This document shows positions 1 through 11,766 of a DNA stretch of 64,000 bases, piece by piece (position 1 is the stretch's first letter; each line of letters begins with the position of its first letter). This DNA is from an uncultured Bacilli bacterium. Lineage in GTDB: Bacteria; Bacillota_I; Bacilli_A; RF39; UBA660. The notes below the pieces were generated by a model. The model did no database searches. It was not told where the DNA came from and worked only from the letters and a program-made list of their open reading frames with translations. A program made the translations under genes and the position numbers. Location: the NCBI GenBank assembly GCA_944368875.1, contig CALVXF010000022.1, forward strand, positions 217-64,216. The letters are read 5' to 3'.

Positions 1-40
1 ATTCAATTTTTAAAGAACTATACATTATAGTTTTGTTAAA

Positions 41-142
41 TTGGTCACGATAGCACAGAGGGTACACCTGTTCCCATCCCGAACACAGAAGTTAAGCTCT
101 GTTACGCTGAAAATAGTGTAAGCGAAGATAGGAAGTGGCCAA
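41..142 (+). rRNA. rrf: 5S ribosomal RNA (3' end of an rrn operon); boundaries approximate
   Basis: Sequence GGTCACGATAGCACAGAGGGTACACCTGTTCCCATCCCGAACACAGAAGTTAAGCTC matches the universally conserved 5S core (CCCGAACAC..GAAGTTAAGC). The terminal helix TGGTCAC/GTGGCCA pairs. A T-run follows. Confidence 0.75.
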
Positions 143-225
143 TTTTTTTTTGTCTTTTTTTAGTTATCGAAATTAAACAATTGCTATTTAGTTTAATTTT
201 TACTATAATAAAATAGGTGATGTAA

Positions 226-675
226 ATGGAATATAAAGTTAAAACACATAATTTAGAAGAAACAATTGAATTAGCGCAAAACTTTGAGTCTGAAAAATTT
301 CCTAATATGATTATTTGTTTAGATGGCGAATTAGGTGCAGGGAAAACAGTTTTCACTAAGGGAATTGCTCAAGCGCTTGGAATTAAAGACAATATCACTT
401 CTCCAACCTTTACGATTATTAAAGAGTATGAAGGAGAATTACCTCTTTATCATATGGATGTATATCGTTTAGATGGTAATACAGACGGAATTGGAATAGA
501 GGAATATTTTACAAAAGGTGGCGTTGTTGTTATTGAATGGTCTGATACTATTAAAGATATTTTACCTTCAGAACGTCTAGATATTAAAATTAAAGTAGTT
601 GATGAAAATGAACGTCTTTTTATAATCGAACCTCATGGCCAAAAGTATAAAGAATTATGTGAGGTTGTTCTATGA
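226..675 (+). CDS. tsaE: tRNA threonylcarbamoyladenosine biosynthesis protein TsaE (P-loop ATPase YjeE)
   Basis: Walker A GELGAGKT and the SPTF/YHMDVYRL motifs typical of TsaE. It lies in the conserved tsaE-tsaB-rimI-tsaD cluster. Confidence 0.85.
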   Translation: MEYKVKTHNLEETIELAQNFESEKFPNMIICLDGELGAGKTVFTKGIAQALGIKDNITSPTFTIIKEYEGELPLYHMDVYRLDGNTDGIGIEEYFTKGGVVVIEWSDTIKDILPSERLDIKIKVVDENERLFIIEPHGQKYKELCEVVL

Positions 676-1313
676 ATAAGTTATTTATTGATACGGCGAG
701 CACCAAGCGAATTGCAAGTGTTATTACAGATGATAAAATTAAAAGTATTATCGAAGAAGAAAATGGGATTGATCTATCTGTAAGAATGTTACCTATAGTT
801 GAACAAGTATTAAAAGATGCTCAACTTTTACCTACTGATATTGCTGAAATATATGTAATCGATGGACCTGGTTCTTTTACTGGGATTAGAGTTGGTATCA
901 CCATTGCGAAAGTATATGCTTGGGCTTTAAAGAAAAAAATTGTTCCCCTTTCAGAACTTGAACTTCTAGCGACCACACCTTTTAAAGGCAATTTGATTGT
1001 GCCATATATTGATGCAAGACGTGATTATGCATATGCAGCTATTTACGATCAAGATTTAAATATATATATGGAACCATGTCATATTAGCAGAACTAAGTTA
1101 TTAGAAAAACTACCAAAAGATCGTGAAGTTGTTTTTGTCTCTTATGATCATATTCAAACAGATTATCCCGTAATCAAGCCTAATATTGATATTGTTAAGA
1201 TACTAAATAAACATAGAAATGATACAGGGGTTAATCCACATGAGTGTAATCCACATTATTTAAAAATGACTGAAGCTGAAGAAAAGATGCAAAACGGTGT
1301 ATTACATGATTAG
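672..1313 (+). CDS. tsaB: tRNA t6A biosynthesis protein TsaB (YeaZ)
   Basis: Has the N-terminal DTAS..IDGPGSFTGIRVGI motif of inactive Kae1 paralogues. Translationally coupled to tsaE. Confidence 0.8.
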   Translation: MNKLFIDTASTKRIASVITDDKIKSIIEEENGIDLSVRMLPIVEQVLKDAQLLPTDIAEIYVIDGPGSFTGIRVGITIAKVYAWALKKKIVPLSELELLATTPFKGNLIVPYIDARRDYAYAAIYDQDLNIYMEPCHISRTKLLEKLPKDREVVFVSYDHIQTDYPVIKPNIDIVKILNKHRNDTGVNPHECNPHYLKMTEAEEKMQNGVLHD

Positions 1314-1704
1314 AGAAGCAACTAACAGCGATTTGGACTACATTAATGAAATTTTAAAGTATTTTAAACAACCTATAATAAATAAAATTAATAATAAAGT
1401 TTATATTATTGAAGGAATTGGTTTGATTTCCTATCAATATTTATATGATGTAGCTGAACTATATTATCTTTATGTCGAAGAAGCATATAGACATCAAAAA
1501 TATGGTTTAAAGTTATTAAAAAAAATGGAGATAGATTGTTTACAAAAAGGTATAAAAAAGGTTTTTTTAGAAGTGCGTAAAAGTAATCAATCAGCAATAG
1601 ATTTTTATATAAATAATGGATTTAAAGTAATAAAATCGCGTGATAATTATTATCATAATCCAGTTGAAGATGCGCTTATTTTAGAAAAAAAGTTAGGTGA
1701 TTAA
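1297..1704 (+). CDS. rimI: ribosomal-protein-alanine N-acetyltransferase (GNAT)
   Basis: GNAT fold motifs (acetyl-CoA binding R..QKYGLKLL). Sits in the conserved position between tsaB and tsaD. Confidence 0.7.
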   Translation: MYYMIREATNSDLDYINEILKYFKQPIINKINNKVYIIEGIGLISYQYLYDVAELYYLYVEEAYRHQKYGLKLLKKMEIDCLQKGIKKVFLEVRKSNQSAIDFYINNGFKVIKSRDNYYHNPVEDALILEKKLGD

Positions 1705-2710
1705 AGTGAAAGATGTATATATACTAGCTATAGAATCTAGTTGTGATGAAACAAGTGTTTCAATTATTAGAAATGGTTGTGATGAGATTGCAACAGTTGT
1801 ATTATCACAAATGGATATGCATGCCAATTTTGGTGGAGTTGTTCCTGAAGTCGCAAGTCGTATGCATATTGAAAATATTACTATGGTTTTAGAAGAGTGT
1901 CTTAACAAAGCAGATCTTGATATGACAGATATCGACGCTATTGCAGTTACATATGGTCCTGGGTTAATTGGTTCACTATTAATTGGTGTCCAAGCTGCTA
2001 AAACACTTGCTTATCTATATAATAAACCACTTGTTCCTGTTCATCATATTGCTGGCCATATATATGCTAACAATTTAGAAAAACCTCTTAGTTTTCCTTT
2101 AATTGCGTTAGTTGTAAGTGGAGGCCATACAGATTTAATATATATGGAAGAAGATTATTCATTTAAAAGAATTGGTGGCACTTTAGATGATGCAGTAGGT
2201 GAGGCATATGATAAAGTTGCTCGGGTTGTTGGTTTAAGTTATCCTGGCGGACCAATTGTTGATAAAAAGGCCCACGAAGGGAAAAACACATATCATCTAC
2301 CATTACCTTTAAATGATGATTCTTATGATTTTAGTTTTAGTGGAATAAAAAGTGCGGTTATCAATCTTGTACATAATGAAAAACAACGTGGTAATGTGAT
2401 TAATGTGGAAAACTTATGTGCTAGTTTTCAACATAGTGTTGTTGAAATACTAACAAAAAAAACAATGCGTGCTTTAAAAGAATTTGGTGTTAATAATCTC
2501 ATTGTAGCAGGTGGTGTTGCGGCAAACAAAGGTTTACGTGAAAAATTAACTTCATTATGTAGTGAGGAAAACATCAATTTAATTATTCCTAGTATGAAAC
2601 ATTGTACTGATAATGCGGCAATGATAGGAGCAGCTGGCTATTATGCTTATAAATTAGGTCGCAGAGCTAACTTAGATTTGAATGCTAAAGCTAATGATGC
2701 TTTACAATAG
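1697..2710 (+). CDS. tsaD: tRNA N6-adenosine threonylcarbamoyltransferase TsaD (Kae1/Gcp)
   Basis: HIAGHIYAN and VSGGHT metal-binding motifs of the Kae1/TsaD family. Confidence 0.9.
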   Translation: MIKVKDVYILAIESSCDETSVSIIRNGCDEIATVVLSQMDMHANFGGVVPEVASRMHIENITMVLEECLNKADLDMTDIDAIAVTYGPGLIGSLLIGVQAAKTLAYLYNKPLVPVHHIAGHIYANNLEKPLSFPLIALVVSGGHTDLIYMEEDYSFKRIGGTLDDAVGEAYDKVARVVGLSYPGGPIVDKKAHEGKNTYHLPLPLNDDSYDFSFSGIKSAVINLVHNEKQRGNVINVENLCASFQHSVVEILTKKTMRALKEFGVNNLIVAGGVAANKGLREKLTSLCSEENINLIIPSMKHCTDNAAMIGAAGYYAYKLGRRANLDLNAKANDALQ

Positions 2711-2766
2711 TTTGGCAAAAATCTAATTATCTATGGAAAATATTACCATTTATATTTGTTATATAA

Positions 2767-2798
2767 AAAACTTTAAAGAATACTTTAAAGTTTTTTTA
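2767..2798. terminator. bidirectional rho-independent terminator between tsaD and the convergent ABC permease gene
   Basis: Hairpin AAACTTTAAAG..CTTTAAAGTTT flanked by A/T runs on both strands. Confidence 0.5.
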
Positions 2799-3614
2799 AT
2801 TTTTATTAATAATTTTCTTTTCTAATAAAACAACTAAATAATACATTACACTTGACATGAAAGCTAAAATTACAATCCCACTTATAACTAAATCTAAATT
2901 AAACACTTGTGAACCATATAAGATTAAATAACCCAATCCTTCTTTAGAAACTAAAAATTCACCCATGATTATACCAATAAAAGACATACTAATGCTTACT
3001 TTTAAATTACTTATAATGTTTGAATAATTACTTGGTAAAATCAGATTGAAGAAAATCTGTGTTTTAGAAGCATTGAATGTTTTCAATAGACGAATTTTTA
3101 AAAAATCAACCTCTTTAAAACCTTGATAAATATTAATAATGGTAACAATTACCGAAATTAAAAGAGCCATTAATATAATTGCTTCAATCCCAGCTCCACA
3201 CCATATTATGATAATAGGACCTAAAGCAATTTTGGGAAGACTATTTAATATAGTGAGGTATGGATCAAGAATTTTTGCTAGATTAGTGTTATACCACATA
3301 AGAGAAGCAATGATAATACCTATAATAGTACCCAAGCCAAAACTTATTAAGACTTCATAAAGAGTAACCCAAATGTGGTGATATAAATTGTTTGTTGCAT
3401 GCAAGTTTACAATTGTCTTTACTACTTCTTTAGGACTTGAAAAAATAAAAGGATCGATGATTTTTTTATCTGCAAGAAATTGCCACAACACAATGAAAAA
3501 AACAATAATTAGTAATTGAATACTGATGATGAAAATTTTGTTTTTACGAATGTTTTTTAGATATTGACGATGTTCTTCACTCATTTTTATCAATCTCTTT
3601 CCATATTTTATCAT
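2796..3614 (-). CDS. ABC transporter permease, NitT/TauT (nitrate/sulfonate/bicarbonate-like) family
   Basis: Six predicted TM segments. Has the binding-protein-dependent transport signature region. Overlaps the upstream ATPase gene. Confidence 0.7.
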   Translation of the reverse strand: MIKYGKRLIKMSEEHRQYLKNIRKNKIFIISIQLLIIVFFIVLWQFLADKKIIDPFIFSSPKEVVKTIVNLHATNNLYHHIWVTLYEVLISFGLGTIIGIIIASLMWYNTNLAKILDPYLTILNSLPKIALGPIIIIWCGAGIEAIILMALLISVIVTIINIYQGFKEVDFLKIRLLKTFNASKTQIFFNLILPSNYSNIISNLKVSISMSFIGIIMGEFLVSKEGLGYLILYGSQVFNLDLVISGIVILAFMSSVMYYLVVLLEKKIINKN

Positions 3615-4320
3615 AGTAAATACTGAATTCTTTACATTTGCGATTATTAATTGGTGTAGATGTATCTGTCATATTAATATTGTAAATTGCTTTAACTTTA
3701 CTAGGACGATTAGACAAAATAATAATTCGATTAGACATAGATATAGCTTCAGCAATATCATGTGTTACAATAATTGCACTTTTTTTCTCACTATGAATAA
3801 TTTTGTATACATCATCACTAACACTTAGACGTGATTGATAATCTAGGGCACTAAATGGTTCATCAAAAAGTAATATATCTGGTTTAGTCGCAAGCGTCCT
3901 AATTAAAGCAACTCTTTGGCGCATACCACCTGATAAATTCTGTGGATAACTATATATAAAATCTTTTAAACCATATTTTTTTAGAAGATTGATTACATAT
4001 TTTTTGTTTTCCACAGTTAATTTATTTTGTATTTTTAATCCCAATAGACAGTTATCTAAAATATTTAACCAAGGAAACAAGGCATCGTTTTGTAACATAT
4101 AGCCAAATTTTAAGTTATTTTGATTTATAATTTCGCCATTTGATTTATTTAGTAAGCCAGTTAAACAAGACAAAATGGTACTTTTTCCACAACCAGAAGG
4201 TCCTACAATAGATACAATTTCTCCTTCATTTAAAGAAAAAGATATATCATCAAGCGCAAGAATTTCAGCTTTGGGAGTATGATATATCTTTTTTAAATTA
4301 TTAATTTCTAATATTTTCAT
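3577..4320 (-). CDS. ABC transporter ATP-binding protein
   Basis: Walker A GPSGCGKST, ABC signature LSGGMRQRV and Walker B ILLFDEPFSALD. Confidence 0.85.
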   Translation of the reverse strand: MKILEINNLKKIYHTPKAEILALDDISFSLNEGEIVSIVGPSGCGKSTILSCLTGLLNKSNGEIINQNNLKFGYMLQNDALFPWLNILDNCLLGLKIQNKLTVENKKYVINLLKKYGLKDFIYSYPQNLSGGMRQRVALIRTLATKPDILLFDEPFSALDYQSRLSVSDDVYKIIHSEKKSAIIVTHDIAEAISMSNRIIILSNRPSKVKAIYNINMTDTSTPINNRKCKEFSIYYDKIWKEIDKNE

Positions 4321-5303
4321 GAACTAAAACTTGTATCTACTAAGACTTCATAAGGTATTTTACTATCAAGTTCTCCTGCTTCCATAACAATATCTTGAAT
4401 ATGTTCGAAGTCTTCTTCTTCGATTTTGGTACTTGTAAACCAAGAGTCGCTATCTTTATATCTTTTTATAATTGTTATTAAATCTTCAATATTGGTATCT
4501 GGAAAATATGAAGTAATAGCTTGTGCGATATCTTCTTCACTATTATTATGTACATAATCTAAACCTTTTTGAATAGCTCTTGTGAATTTAGCAATTACAT
4601 CAGGATTTTCATCGATATAACTTTTTTTGGCATTATAAGCAGTGTATGGCACAACACCACCTAATTCCCCTAAAGAAGCAACAACATATCCATATCCCGC
4701 TTTTTCTACTTCTAAAGCTTGTGGTTCAAAAAGATTGACAAAATCCCCATTACCACCGATAAATGAACCAGCCATCGCACTAAACGCTATACTAGTATCA
4801 ATTTCTAAATCTGTCTTAGGATTAATGCCTGCTTGTTTTAAGGCCCATTCAAATGTCATAACAGGCATACCACCTATTCTTCCACCAATTACTTTGTGTC
4901 CTTTTAAATCTTCCAAGGTAAAGTTTTCATATTGTTTTCTGGCTACAATAAAACTACCATCACGTTTTGTCAAAGCTGAAAAGTTTACTAAATAATCTTC
5001 ATAACCACCATTATAAACATAAAGGGTTGCTTCACTTCCACAAAAACCAATTTCTACATCACCACTTAAAACGGCACTTGTAACTTTATCGGCACCACTA
5101 GCTAAGATGATTTCCACATCTAAACCTTCTTCTTCAAAAAAACCTAGACTATGTGCAACATATTGAGGAGCATAAAAAATAGTGTGGGCAACTTCAGCAA
5201 CAGTAATTTTTTGCAAATCATTATTCTTCTTTTTATTAACAACAATAAATATAAGTGCAACAATTAAAAAGAAAAGAATCAAACCATATATAATTTTTTT
5301 CAT
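4317..5303 (-). CDS. ABC transporter substrate-binding protein (NMT1/THI5-like, NitT/TauT family), membrane-anchored
   Basis: N-terminal TM/signal anchor followed by a periplasmic-binding-like fold. Operon order is SBP-ATPase-permease. Confidence 0.65.
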   Translation of the reverse strand: MKKIIYGLILFFLIVALIFIVVNKKKNNDLQKITVAEVAHTIFYAPQYVAHSLGFFEEEGLDVEIILASGADKVTSAVLSGDVEIGFCGSEATLYVYNGGYEDYLVNFSALTKRDGSFIVARKQYENFTLEDLKGHKVIGGRIGGMPVMTFEWALKQAGINPKTDLEIDTSIAFSAMAGSFIGGNGDFVNLFEPQALEVEKAGYGYVVASLGELGGVVPYTAYNAKKSYIDENPDVIAKFTRAIQKGLDYVHNNSEEDIAQAITSYFPDTNIEDLITIIKRYKDSDSWFTSTKIEEEDFEHIQDIVMEAGELDSKIPYEVLVDTSFSS

Positions 5304-5445
5304 TCTTCACATCCTTTTCATGATATTATATGTAACAGCAATCAAGATGTGTTGGTCGTTCGTTTACAGATATTACAATTGACATAAGAAAGAAGATTAT
5401 ATTTCTCTTTTAGGAAATTTATGATATGATTAATGTGGTGATAGA

Positions 5446-7533
5446 ATGAATTTAACTACTTTAAACAATGAACAACTTAAAGCTGTTACCACAACAGAAG
5501 GACCATTACTTGTTTTAGCGGGCGCAGGTAGTGGGAAAACGCGTGTTTTAACTACTAGAATTGCCTATTTAATTGAAGAATTAGGTGTAAGTCCCTATAA
5601 TATTTTAGCTATTACATTTACTAATAAAGCAGCTAAAGAAATGAAAATGCGAATCTTTAATATGTTGGGTTCTGTTGCATATGATATTCAAATATCAACT
5701 TTTCATTCTTTTGGTTTAACAATTATGAAAGAGAACTATGCTTTATTGGGTTATAAACAAAACTTTACTATTTTAGATAGTGATGATACTTTGACTTTGA
5801 TTAAAAAGATTATGAAAGATCTAAACATTGATATCAAAGAATATAATCCTAAAGCTATTAGAAATCATATTAGTGGTGCGAAAAATCAATTGTTGTCACC
5901 TGAGCAATATGAAAATTATGCGAATACTGATTTTGATAGTAAAGTTGTCTTAGTATACCGCATTTATCAAGAACGTTTAAAAGTAAATAATTCTTTAGAT
6001 TTTGATGATCTATTAATGCAACCAATTATTCTATTTAAGAATAATATCGATGTTTTAAAAAAATACCAACAACGTTTTATGTACATTTTAGTAGATGAAT
6101 ATCAAGATACTAATGAAGCACAATATAAAATGATTAAAATGCTTGGAACTAAATATCAAAATGTTTGTGTTGTTGGGGATGAATCACAATCTATTTATAG
6201 TTTTCGTGGTTCTAATTACCGCAATATTTTAAATTTTGAAAAAGACTATCCAAAAGCTGAGGTAATTTTGTTAGAAGAAAACTATCGCTCAACTAAAAAT
6301 ATTTTAAATGCTGCTAATGATGTTATTAAACATAACAAAGAGCGTAAGGATAAAAAATTATGGACTGAAAACGAAGTAGGTGACAAGATAACTTATTATC
6401 GTGCTAGTGATGAAAAAGAAGAAGCATTGTATGTAGATAAGCAAATTAAAGACTTATTATCTAAAGGTGTTAAAGAAAAAGATATAGCTGTTTTATATCG
6501 AACTAATGCTCAATCTAGAAATATAGAAGAAGCATTATTAAGAGATAATATTCCCTATAAAGTAGTTGGTAGTTTTTATTTTTATAATCGTCGTGAAATT
6601 AAAGATTTAATTGCTTATTTAAAAATACTTTATAACACAGATGATGATCTTAATCTTTTGCGAATTATAAATGTTCCTAAAAGAGGAATAGGACTAAAAA
6701 CGATTACGAATCTGCAACAAAAAGCTAATGATTTAGGAGTTAGTTTATATGATGCGATTTCAAGTGGCAAAGAATTAGAATTTAAAAAAACAATCGAAAA
6801 ATTATTGGAGTTAAAAGAAAAAGTAACTTTAACCGAATTAGTTGATCAAATATTAGATATAACAGGGATTCGCGAAGAGTTAAAAAAAGAAAAGTCTATT
6901 GAAGCAGATATTCGTCTAGAAAACTTAGAGGAATTTAAATCGATAACGAAGAATTTTGAAGAACAATTAGGATATGTATCGTTAGAAGAATTTTTAATGG
7001 AAATTAGTCTTGTTTCTGATGTTGAAGAACATAAAAATAATAATGACGTTATTACACTTATGACAGTTCATTCTGCTAAGGGATTAGAATTTGAATATGT
7101 TTTTGTTATAGGTTTAGAAGAAGGTCTTTTTCCACACAATAATTCAATGTTTGAACTTAGTGGCTTAGAAGAAGAAAGACGCCTTTTCTATGTTGCCTTA
7201 ACACGAGCAAAAAAGCGTTTATGGCTTGTCAATGCTCATCACCGAACTCTATTTGGGATGGATAGTTATAATCCTATCAGTCGTTTTATAAATGAAATAA
7301 GTGAAGAATATATTGATAAACTTCAAAATGAAGTTGCTAGTTCAAAAACAAGTATGCAATTTAAAAATATCGATACTAGTGTTACTTACAATGTTGGTGA
7401 TATGGTCAGTCATGATACTTTTGGTAAAGGCGTAGTAGTAAGTGTTGAAAAACAATTATTGACGATTGCTTTTCCACATCCCTATGGTGTTAGAAAAATT
7501 ATTAGTGGTCATAAGAGTATAAGAAAGGATTAG
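5446..7533 (+). CDS. pcrA: ATP-dependent DNA helicase PcrA/UvrD family
   Basis: Superfamily-1 helicase motifs GAGSGKT, DEYQDTN and TVHSAKGLEF. Conserved pcrA-ligA neighbourhood. Confidence 0.9.
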   Translation: MNLTTLNNEQLKAVTTTEGPLLVLAGAGSGKTRVLTTRIAYLIEELGVSPYNILAITFTNKAAKEMKMRIFNMLGSVAYDIQISTFHSFGLTIMKENYALLGYKQNFTILDSDDTLTLIKKIMKDLNIDIKEYNPKAIRNHISGAKNQLLSPEQYENYANTDFDSKVVLVYRIYQERLKVNNSLDFDDLLMQPIILFKNNIDVLKKYQQRFMYILVDEYQDTNEAQYKMIKMLGTKYQNVCVVGDESQSIYSFRGSNYRNILNFEKDYPKAEVILLEENYRSTKNILNAANDVIKHNKERKDKKLWTENEVGDKITYYRASDEKEEALYVDKQIKDLLSKGVKEKDIAVLYRTNAQSRNIEEALLRDNIPYKVVGSFYFYNRREIKDLIAYLKILYNTDDDLNLLRIINVPKRGIGLKTITNLQQKANDLGVSLYDAISSGKELEFKKTIEKLLELKEKVTLTELVDQILDITGIREELKKEKSIEADIRLENLEEFKSITKNFEEQLGYVSLEEFLMEISLVSDVEEHKNNNDVITLMTVHSAKGLEFEYVFVIGLEEGLFPHNNSMFELSGLEEERRLFYVALTRAKKRLWLVNAHHRTLFGMDSYNPISRFINEISEEYIDKLQNEVASSKTSMQFKNIDTSVTYNVGDMVSHDTFGKGVVVSVEKQLLTIAFPHPYGVRKIISGHKSIRKD

Positions 7534-7540
7534 TGATAAA

Positions 7541-7702
7541 ATGGTTTTATTTAATTTATATGATAAAATAACAGAATTAGCTAATGATTTTAAAGACTTT
7601 ATTTTAGATAATGCAAATAATCCATTATTGTGGATCGGTTTATTTTTAGCAGGTTTGTTTATTTTTAAAGCTGTATATTATGCCCTTAATAAAAATCAAT
7701 AA
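7541..7702 (+). CDS. small (about 53 aa) membrane protein, unannotated in the ORF track
   Basis: ATG preceded by GGTGA. Encodes a hydrophobic helix LLWIGLFLAGLFIF. A hairpin plus T-run terminator follows at about 7715..7750. Confidence 0.3.
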   Translation: MVLFNLYDKITELANDFKDFILDNANNPLLWIGLFLAGLFIFKAVYYALNKNQ

Positions 7703-7761
7703 TTATTTAAATAAAAAAGACTTAATTTATACATTAAGGCTTTTTTAATGGTATAATATGA

Positions 7762-9759
<1,998 letters not shown>

Positions 9760-9761
9760 AA

Positions 9762-9787
9762 CGATAAGTCATACTTATCGTTTTATT
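9762..9787. terminator. bidirectional terminator between ligA and the convergent phosphoesterase gene
   Basis: Perfect inverted repeat AACGATAAGT/ACTTATCGTT followed by a T-run. Confidence 0.6.
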
Positions 9788-10635
9788 AATCTATAAAGAT
9801 TAATACTAGGTCTATTAAATAAACGTAGCGCAATATCACTTGTACCTATACCACTTGATATATATAGATCAGTTTCATTAACTTTATAATAATTATCATA
9901 ATATTTTTTCGCTCCATTTGGTAATACTAAAGCCCCAATTAGTGGTAAGCGTATTTGTCCATCATGAGAATGTCCCGCTAAAGCTAAATTGAAACTATAT
10001 GTAACTTCATCTATATAATCTGGTTCATGCATTAGTAAAATTGTATAGTTTGGTTTTGTTTCAAGACTATTTAGATATGATATGATTGGTTCTAATTTAT
10101 CTTTAGCACTAATTGTTCCATGTAAATTAGTACTTAAACCAGCGATAAAAATTGTTTCATTATTTTTACTATAAATAGTGTCATATTTTTCATCTAATAG
10201 ATTAAAACCAGCATTATCCATAATAATAGAATACTCATTTACATTGTAATCATGATTTCCTTTAATTGCGTATTTGCCATAAGTTGCTTGCATTTCTTCA
10301 AAATAATAAGTAATTGTTTCAATCGTTTCACTATCAATAGTTGTATCATCATCAATAAGATCACCCGTAAAAAAGATTAAATCGGGTTTGATACGTTGGA
10401 CTTCCGTTAATAGATCTTCTAAGTCTCTTTCAAATGTTGATTTGCCATAGTGTAGATCACTTATATGAACTATTTTTAAGCCATGGAAATCATTGATGTT
10501 ACTATCTTTTATAACATATTCCTTAGTTGTTAAACCATGTGTAGCAACCTGGTTACTATAGATTAAAAGAATAATTAAAAAGGTCATAATTACTAAAAGA
10601 ATTTTAACAAATTTAAACCATTTTTTATCTTTCAT
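9775..10635 (-). CDS. membrane-anchored calcineurin-like metallophosphoesterase
   Basis: N-terminal TM. Metallophosphatase motifs DLHYG, GDLIDD, GNHD and HEPD. Confidence 0.7.
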   Translation of the reverse strand: MKDKKWFKFVKILLVIMTFLIILLIYSNQVATHGLTTKEYVIKDSNINDFHGLKIVHISDLHYGKSTFERDLEDLLTEVQRIKPDLIFFTGDLIDDDTTIDSETIETITYYFEEMQATYGKYAIKGNHDYNVNEYSIIMDNAGFNLLDEKYDTIYSKNNETIFIAGLSTNLHGTISAKDKLEPIISYLNSLETKPNYTILLMHEPDYIDEVTYSFNLALAGHSHDGQIRLPLIGALVLPNGAKKYYDNYYKVNETDLYISSGIGTSDIALRLFNRPSINLYRLIKR

Positions 10636-10642
10636 CCGTCAC

Positions 10643-11371
10643 CTACATTAATATAGTTACAAGTACTTGTAAGGCCATCATAACACCATTGTGAACAAAA
10701 TGAAGACCTATCGTATTATAAATATTTTTTGATTTTACTAAAATATAAGCAAAGATAAAACCAGGTATTGAATAAGGAATAATATATAAATACTCTAAAA
10801 GAGTAGAACTACCAATAACATGGATTAAACCAAACAATAAACCAGATACTATAATAAATAAATAGTCATTTTTAAATAATTTACGAATAGCTAAACGAAA
10901 TGTTAACTCTTCAACAATAGGAGCATATATCACAGCTGATAAATATATATAAATAGGGGAAACTTCAAAAATTGTATTAATTGCTTCTTCATTAGCCGAT
11001 ATATCTGTTCCAACAATAGAACTTACAATTAGATTAGAAATCATCATTAGACCAAGTAAAACAAACCATAAAGGGAAGTATTTGTTGAAATAAGTGCGAT
11101 GATTTTTCTTAAAATCTTGCCACATTTTTTTCAATGGTTCATGAAAAATAAAAACCATGACAACTAAAGTAAAAGCTTCATAGCCTAGTAGATAGATGAT
11201 TTTTAAGTTCAAATCCATATTATCAATATCAATATTCATGAGTTGTAGTGGTATTAATTGACTAAGCAACATTATCAAATAGAAGATAATTGCACTTAAG
11301 CCTGTAATTACGTCTTTAAAACGATATCTTTTTTCTTCTGAAATGTGATTGTTTTTCATAATAACCTCCAT
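10643..11371 (-). CDS. CPBP family intramembrane metalloprotease (CAAX protease-like)
   Basis: Polytopic membrane protein with the EELTFR, FGLIH and HFVHN motifs of the CPBP/Abi family. Confidence 0.7.
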   Translation of the reverse strand: MEVIMKNNHISEEKRYRFKDVITGLSAIIFYLIMLLSQLIPLQLMNIDIDNMDLNLKIIYLLGYEAFTLVVMVFIFHEPLKKMWQDFKKNHRTYFNKYFPLWFVLLGLMMISNLIVSSIVGTDISANEEAINTIFEVSPIYIYLSAVIYAPIVEELTFRLAIRKLFKNDYLFIIVSGLLFGLIHVIGSSTLLEYLYIIPYSIPGFIFAYILVKSKNIYNTIGLHFVHNGVMMALQVLVTILM

Positions 11372-11510
11372 ATCCTATAAATAATTATACCAAAAAAATA
11401 AGAAATATAATAAAAAAGTATAGAAAAAATAAAAATATGTGTTATAATATACACGTAACAGAACAGTGGGCTTAAAATCCCACTTTTAATTTTAATTGAG
11501 GTGTTGATTT

Positions 11511-11765
11511 ATGGAAATTGAAAAAATTGTAAAACAAGCAATCGAATCAGTAATAATTGAAAATGGTTATATTTTAGATGAAGTGACATATGTAAAAGAA
11601 GGAAGTATTTATTTTTTACGTATTGTTATTGATAAAGAAGGTTTTATTAATTTGGATGATTGTGTTAAAGTAAGTGAATTAATCAATCCCATAATTGATC
11701 AACTAGATTGTCTACAAGAAAATTATATGTTAGACGTATGTTCTAAAGAGAAAGGAAGTTTTTAA
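11511..11765 (+). CDS. rimP: ribosome maturation factor RimP, N-terminal domain only (short form)
   Basis: Sits in the conserved position immediately upstream of nusA. Only 84 aa where RimP is usually about 150 aa. Ends 1 nt before the nusA ATG. Confidence 0.55.
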   Translation: MEIEKIVKQAIESVIIENGYILDEVTYVKEGSIYFLRIVIDKEGFINLDDCVKVSELINPIIDQLDCLQENYMLDVCSKEKGSF

Positions 11766-11766
11766 A

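Noticed and set aside
102-356. 84-aa minus-strand ORF overlapping the 5S rRNA/tsaE region
   Set aside because: It overlaps the 5S rRNA and the tsaE start on the opposite strand. The protein is low-complexity with no RBS. It is an artefact of AT-rich sequence.
3139-5382. Plus-strand ORFs (3139..3360, 4642..4995, 5182..5382) opposite the ABC transporter genes
   Set aside because: They are antisense to well-supported ABC transporter CDSs, with no motifs or RBS.
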